64,000 nucleotides of DNA, from NCBI GenBank assembly GCA_964016885.1, contig OZ024762.1, forward strand, positions 16,802,001 through 16,866,000, given 5' to 3'. Of this stretch, positions 56,817-64,000 are shown piece after piece. The notes under the pieces are model-generated. The model was given only the letters and a program-made list of their open reading frames with translations, was not told the DNA's origin and made no database searches. Position 1 is the stretch's first letter. Each line of letters begins with the position of its first letter. The position numbers were made by a program, and so were the translations under genes. Source of the DNA: Eledone cirrhosa. Taxonomy: Eukaryota.

Positions 56817-56859
<43 letters not shown>

Positions 56860-57102
56860 GTATATATATATGTATATATATACATATATATATAGAGAGA
56901 GATATCTAGAGAGGTATTATAAGCAATTAACTATATTGAAGCCGCACGTCTGCAGTCTCAGCCGGCCGGCAGAGACTGCAGACGTGAGAATGACTAATGT
57001 ATTGATTGGCATTTGGTTCTGTTAACTACTGCAGATGCATATTTATATATATGTATATATATGTGTGTGTGTGTGTGTGGAGATATATATATATATGTGT
57101 GG

Positions 57103-57134
<32 letters not shown>

Positions 57135-57215
57135 TATATATGTGTGTGTGTGGAGATATATATATATATGTGTGTGTGTGTGTGGAGATATATATATATA
57201 TATATGTGTGTGGAG

Positions 57216-57248
<33 letters not shown>

Positions 57249-57421
57249 GATATATATATATATATATATATTATCAAATAATTCTCTGGACATGCTTTAC
57301 TCTATAGTATATATATAAGTGTGTGTGGATATATATATATGTGTGTGTGTGTGTGGATATATATATATATATATGTATGTATGTGTGGATATATATATAT
57401 ATACATATATATGTATGTGTA

Positions 57422-57486
<65 letters not shown>

Positions 57487-57975
57487 ATATATATATATAT
57501 ATATGTATGTGTATGTGTATGTGTCGATTTATATATATATATATGTATGTGTGGATATATATATATATGTGTGTGTGTGTGTGTCTGTGTGGATATATAT
57601 ATATATATATGTATGTGTGTGTATATATATATATGTATATATATATAAATAAGTGTGTGTATGTGGATACATATATATATAAATATGTGTTAGTTCCCTG
57701 CATATTTATATGCATATGTGTATATGTAGGTGTAGATGTACTTTCTTTGTACAGTCATACATTTCAGCCATTAAACTCTGGCCATGCTGGGGCACCACCA
57801 CACTGAACTCAGTGCAAATTATTTACTTGTGTATTTTCAAGTTTGGTACACATTTTATCAATACCTTTTTGTCGAACTGCTAAGTCTCGGGACATAAACA
57901 CAGACATATACACACACACCCATATATATATATATATATATATGTGTGTGTATACGTTTGTGTCTGTGTTTATGT

Positions 57976-58020
<45 letters not shown>

Positions 58021-58025
<5 letters not shown>

Positions 58026-58199
58026 CGAAATTCAGTTATAACGAAATTCACGGAGTATAAAAAAATTCGTTGTAACGAAACATTCTTTATAACGAGATCG
58101 ACCTAACACATCGAACGTGTGGCTGGGAATTGAAAAAAAATTCGTTATACTAAAAAATTCGTTACAATAGTATTCGTTATAAAGGAATTTTACCTGTAT
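58021..58199. mobile_element. Tigger/pogo-like MITE
   Basis: TA-CAGCGAAATTCAGTTATAACGAA ... TTCGTTATAAAGGAATTTTACCTG-TA, with internal TTCGTTA repeats. Confidence 0.6.
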
Positions 58200-58257
58200 A
58201 TATATACAGGGTGTCCCCCAAAAAATGTATACACACATCTTGATCAGAATGTTCGTT

Positions 58258-58510
58258 AGACCAGAACTTACCCCGGTTTCATGGCATGAAGCGACTGAGA
58301 GTACAAGACTTCCCCCTGGACAGGACGCCAGTCCATCGCAGGGTTAAACCCCCAGCTATTACTGGTACTCATTTACAGCTGAGTATACTGGAGCAACGTG
58401 AAATGAAGTGTCTTGCTCAAGAACACAACCCACAAGCCATCGCAGGAATCGAACCCACGACATTATGATCGTATACCCAACACCCTTACCACTAGGCCAC
58501 ACATCTCCAC
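58258..58510 (-). mobile_element. CORE-type SINE (related copy at 21715-21975)
   Basis: AAGTGTCTTGCTCAAG, GAATCGAACCC B box, ACCACTAGGCCA A box on the minus strand. Confidence 0.7.
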
Positions 58511-58646
58511 AAAATTAAAACACCTTAATTAGTTAGGCTTAATTACAAAATTACAATAACCTACCTTAATTTAATTACAATAATTATTTTAAAGAAATTA
58601 CGGGTTACAGTTCTTTTAAATTGTCTAATTTATTCCTGTAGTGAGT

Positions 58647-58702
<56 letters not shown>

Positions 58703-58811
58703 CTAGTAGTGGTGGTGGTGGTAGTAGTAGTGGTGGTAGTAGTAATAGTAGTAGTAGTAGTAGTAGTAATAGTGGTAATAGTGGTGGTAGTAGTAGTGGT
58801 GGTAGTAGTAA

Positions 58812-58844
<33 letters not shown>

Positions 58845-58852
58845 TAGTAGTG

Positions 58853-58885
<33 letters not shown>

Positions 58886-59517
58886 ATAGTAGTAGTAGTA
58901 GTAGTGGTAATAGTAGTACTGGCAGTAGTAGTGGTGGTGGTGCTAGTAGTAGTGGTGGTGGTAGTGGTGGCAGTAGTAGTGGTAGTATTAGCGGTAGTGG
59001 TAGCAGTTGCGACGCAAGTAGTAATAATAGTAGCAGTAGTAGTAGTAATAACAGTAGTAGTAATAGTAGTAAAAACAATAGCAATGATAGTAATAATTAC
59101 CACTACCACTACTACTACTACTACTACTACTTGATTCTACTTTAGGCACAAGGCCAGCAATTACCCAGTGCATTACTGGTACTTTATTTTATCGACCCCG
59201 TAAGGATGAAAGGCAAAGTCAACCTCGGCGGGATTTGAACTACTACTACTAATACTATGTAATCAATAGAACTAGGCTTCGATTCACTCTAGTGATCGAT
59301 ATAGGAAGGACGCGACATGAAACAATGTTTTCATTCAAACGTCGTGTCTGCTTATTCACACAAGTACACACGTACACACACAAGATGTCCCCCAAAAATG
59401 TATACATACTTTGATTACCAGTACAGGCAATATTTATTAGAATGATGCTGAAGTGTGTATACATTTTTTTAGACACCCTGTATGTGTACGTAATATATAT
59501 ATATATATATATATATA

Positions 59518-59632
59518 TAGGAACCAGTAAGACCCCGGGGTCTTACTGGTTCCTATTATCCACTCTACTACCTCAAGTATTGAGTACTTTGGTGCGTTAT
59601 GGTCCACCTGGTTCCTTACCACATTTCCTTCG

Positions 59633-59635
<3 letters not shown>
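59518..59635 (+). mobile_element. Family B element with the hammerhead core absent; palindrome centred at the predicted cut site
   Basis: TAGGAACCAGTAAGACCCC|GGGGTCTTACTGGTTCCTA followed by the family B tail. Confidence 0.7.
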
Positions 59636-59691
<56 letters not shown>

Positions 59692-59774
59692 CCCGATTGA
59701 ACCCGGGATAAACATATATATATATATATATACAATATATTAACAAATGGAAACTATATTTATAAAACCATATT

Positions 59775-59839
59775 TATTTCATTATACATATTTCAAGGAC
59801 ACCAACTTAAATTATGGTGTGCTTTCATCAGATAAAATA
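59775..59839 (-). ncRNA. Minimal type I hammerhead (family D); inverted half-copy at 59985-60110 across a SINE S2 (59840-59965)
   Basis: Minus strand: UAUUUUAU-CUGAUGA-AAG.ACACCA..UGGUGU.CUU-GAAA-UAUGUA-UA-AUGAAAUA. Confidence 0.75.
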
Positions 59840-60283
59840 TAATTGTTTCTACTTTAGGCACAAGGCCAGCAATTACCCAGTTCATTACTGGTACTTTATT
59901 TTATCGACCTCGTAAGGATGAAAGGCAAAGTCAACCTCGGCGGGATTTGAACTCAGATCGTAAAGGGATAGAGCAGTTTTATAACTTGGTGTCCTTGAAA
60001 TATGTATAATGAAATAAATATGGTTTTATAAATATAGTTTCCATTTGTTAATATCGTATATTTACTCCAATTATTTGTTGAGTGCTTTATATCAGTTATA
60101 AAAATATTTGCTTGTTGTATCCCACATGGACACACTAGAAGAGGAAGACCAAGGTTAACGTATGTTGATGCCCTAAGGACAGACACTGGTCTGTTGGAGA
60201 CGCAGGACGTGGCAGCGATAATGAGGGACAGAGACCGCTGGAGAGAACTCGTCCATGGATCTCGGGAATTTTACCCGCCTTAG

Positions 60284-60315
<32 letters not shown>

Positions 60316-60458
60316 TTCAAGAGTAACCAATCTTAAAGATGGAGATAGGAGGGGAGAGATTGGTTTTTTATTCCTGCTAGGGTCTTGCCTATGGCCAGCA
60401 ATACCATACATCGCAAAAAATGTCACATCCAGCGATGTCTGTGCTTGAATCTTTTTTT

Positions 60459-60688
60459 TTAACCCTTTATCATTTACATTACTCTATATTTACTATTGTA
60501 CATTCATGGTAAAGGCTTTAACTCATGTAATTATTGCGCATAATACCGAGCCTACGAGATTTTGATGATGTTATTGTTTACTCTAAGAAGAACATCGTAA
60601 CGTCAATATGAGCTGCCGGTTATGGCCGGTTTCAAGAAGGGTAAAGAATTCTGGCCGGACGCAGCCAGTTTAAATGCTGAAGGGTTAA
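60459..60688 (+). mobile_element. piggyBac-like MITE inserted at TTAA in a family X relative (60340-61095)
   Basis: TTAA on both sides; the flanks rejoin to match the uninterrupted paralog at 51990-52145. Confidence 0.85.
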
Positions 60689-61096
60689 GTGAGGAAAGGC
60701 TTTGCTTGGGGCCAACCCCACTCTCTGAACATCGAATGCATTTAGCCAAAAAGAAGAACTGGTCTACGCCATTGGAAGCAAACGAGGTCGCATGTTTTAA
60801 ATGAGAGTGACCTTCTCCTAGAGAGATGTCTTAATGAAGACTAGGGGAGGGGTCTCTCGCTCCACAAAATACTATACTGGATGGCCGTTGACACTCCTGA
60901 GTTCCTCTGTCCTTTGACGGCTTTTCTTTTTCCACCAGCAGGGTGTCCAAAATCACCAAAACCACCCTACCCTCCTCATCAAACAAGCTTGGTGGAGTTG
61001 CCGGTTTTAGTCGCCGACGACCCCCCCCCCCCGGACCATACACACACAAGTTGTACTGGGTCACATGTTACCACTAGCGCTGAAGAGCGAGCTGAC

Positions 61097-61400
61097 ATGA
61101 AGGGTACTCACCACGACGAGTGTTCCAGTTGATCCGATCAGCGGAACAACCAGCTCGTGAAATTAACCTGCAAGTGGCTGAGCATTCCACAAACACGCGT
61201 ACCATTAACATAGTTCTCAGGGAGAGATTCGGCGTGACACAGACTGCATACATTACATGACATAGAATACACACAATAACTACCAGACTTGAACAATTGA
61301 AAGGAGTACAAGGTTCGATATGATCGATTAAAGAAAGTCCCTTTAAGGGCGGGCGGGCGGTGCCCCAGTATGGCCACGGTCTGGTGAGTGAAACCAGCAG
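61097..61400 (+). mobile_element. Octopod-type SINE fragment(s)
   Basis: GTTCCAGTTGATCCGATC...GCTCGTGAAATTAAC..GCAAGTGGCTGAGCA and GGCGGTGCCCCAGTATGGCC tail, recognised from recall as common octopus repeats. Confidence 0.55.
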
Positions 61401-62048
61401 AACACACAGACACACGTACAAAAGAAGGCGGGGCCTGAGAACCAGCGGTATTAGCAGAGCTGGTGTTTGTGTGTGCGCGAGGGCCCCATAATGTGGATAC
61501 TGTAGCAGCAGCAGCAGCAGCAGCAGCGGCGGTAAAGGATGTTTTCGTACTTTCTTTTTCTCTCATAAACGGTGGCGGCGGTGGTGGTAGGATGGCGGCG
61601 GTGGTGGTGATGGCGGTGGCTGTGGTGGTGGTGGTGGTAGGATGGCGGCGGTGGCGGTGGTAGGATGGCGGCGGTGGTGGCTGTGGGGGGGAGGGGGGAG
61701 GGGGGAGACTCGTCATTTACATAATGTATTCATGTGTCACACACACACACACACATACACATACAGACGCAGAGACACACAAACACATCTGCAGATTCTA
61801 CATTTATTCAATGAAAGGAAACAAACGAGAGAGGGAGAGAGAGAGGGAGGGGGGAAGAGAGAGAAGAGAGAGAGAGAGATTAAAAGAGTGAGAGTGGGAG
61901 AACTAGAGAGAGAGAAAGAGAGAGATTGGAAGTGAGTCAGTCGGGCATGTCATGCCAGCTGTACTACTGTTACTACCACTACTACTGCTACCACCACCAC
62001 CACCACTATTACTATCACCACTACCACTACTACTACTACTATTACAAC

Positions 62049-62084
<36 letters not shown>

Positions 62085-62309
62085 CACTACTACTAGCACC
62101 ACTACTACTATTACTACTACCACCACTACTACTATTACTACCACCACCACCACTACTACCACTACTACTACCACCACCACCACTACCATGGAAGAGCAGA
62201 TGGGTGAAAAAGGGGGAAGAGGAGAGAGAGAGAGAGGAAAGAAGGGAGTAAGGGGAAGAGGTGGAAATAGTGTTGTGTAAGTAGAGGGGGGTGGAGGGGC
62301 GGAGTGCCG

Positions 62310-62327
62310 CGTGTGTGTGTTATATAG

Positions 62328-62364
<37 letters not shown>

Positions 62365-63518
62365 ATAGATATGTATGTGTGTGTGTATGTTATATAGATA
62401 TGTGTGTGTGTGTTATAGATATGTATGTGTGTGTGTATGTTATATAGATATGTGTGTGTGTGTGTTATATAGATATGTATGTGTGTGTGTGTGATATAGA
62501 TAGGTGTGTGTGTGTTATATAGATATGTGTGTGTGTGTGTTATATAGATATGTATGTGTGTGTGTATGTTATATAGATATGTGTGTGTGTGTGTGTTATA
62601 TAGATATGTATGTGTGTGTGTGTGATATAGATAGGTGTGTGTGTGTGTGTGATATAGATAGGTGTGTGTGTGTTATATAGATAGGTGTGTGTGTGTGTGT
62701 GTGTGTGTATGTAAGAAGTGCCAGGTTTTAACGGGTGGGTGGTGGTGGTGGTGGGTGTGACGTGGTGGGGTAGGGGTGGGGATTATCTGGCAAAATGTAT
62801 ACAGAAGAGGGTGGATGGGGTGGGGGAAGACGTGGGTGAAGGAAGAGAAGATAATTCAATGGAAACCAACAGCAACACACACACACACACATGTACAAAC
62901 ATGCATGTATGCACACATGCATACACACATAATAACACACATGCATACACACATACATGTACACACATAAACACACACACACACACGTATACAAACACAA
63001 ACACATGTATACACACATACAAACACACATATATATATACACACAAATACCCATACACATGTATACACATATATACACAAAAATACCCATACATATCCAT
63101 ATACATACATATATGTATACATATCTATATACATACATGTGTGTATATATATATGTGTACACACATATATACATATATACATACATGTACCTATACACAT
63201 ATATATATACATACATGTACCTATACACATATATATACATACATGTACCTATCTATACATATATATATATACATACATGTACCTATACATATATATATAT
63301 ATACATACATGTACCTATACATATATATATATATACATACATGTACCTATACACATATATATACATACATGTACCTATACATATATATATACATACATGT
63401 ACCTATACATATATATATACATACATGTACCTATACATATATATATACATACATGTACCTATACATATATATATACATACATGTACCTATACATATATAT
63501 ATATACATACATGTATAT

Positions 63519-63551
<33 letters not shown>

Positions 63552-64000
63552 CATACATATATATACATGTACCTATACACATATACATACATGTACCTAT
63601 ACATATATATATACATACATGTACCTATACATATATATATACATACATGTACCTATACATATATATACACATACATGTACCTATACATATATACATACAT
63701 GTACCTATACATATGTATATACATACATGTACCTATACACATGTATATACATACATGTACCTATACACATGTATATACATACATGTACCTATACACATGT
63801 ATATACATACATGTACCTATACACATGTATATACATACATGTACCTATACACATGTATATACATACATGTACCTATACACATGTATATACATACATGTAC
63901 CTATACACATATACATACATGTACCTATACATATATATATATACATGTACCTATATATATATACATACATGTACCTATACATATATATATACATACATGT
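62310..64000. repeat. Microsatellite-derived minisatellites ((GT)nTATATAGATA 62310-62710; ACATACATGTACCTATAC(AT)n 63170-64000)
   Basis: Directly visible. Confidence 0.9.

Overview
AT-rich, repeat-saturated animal DNA. The SINE and LINE families resemble those of octopod cephalopods (inference from recognised repeat motifs, not a search). Almost every ORF in the supplied track is a microsatellite or satellite artefact. The real content is: (TA)n/(TACA)n and trinucleotide microsatellites; five satellite arrays, three traceable to transposon parts; two abundant tRNA-derived SINE families; decayed RTE, CR1/L2-like and Tx1/L1-like LINE fragments; piggyBac, Tc1/mariner-pogo and hAT MITEs; a 200-N gap; and one candidate 45-nt first coding exon on the minus strand. 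The standout signal is a set of short non-coding elements from several unrelated families, nearly all embedded in (TA)n. They carry type I hammerhead ribozyme cores (CUGANGA...GAAA...NUH) and show fold-back inversions centred on hammerhead landmarks (stem II loop, stem III palindrome, cleavage site). This fits Penelope-like or retrozyme-type retroelements. All RNA structures were paired by eye; nothing was computed or searched.
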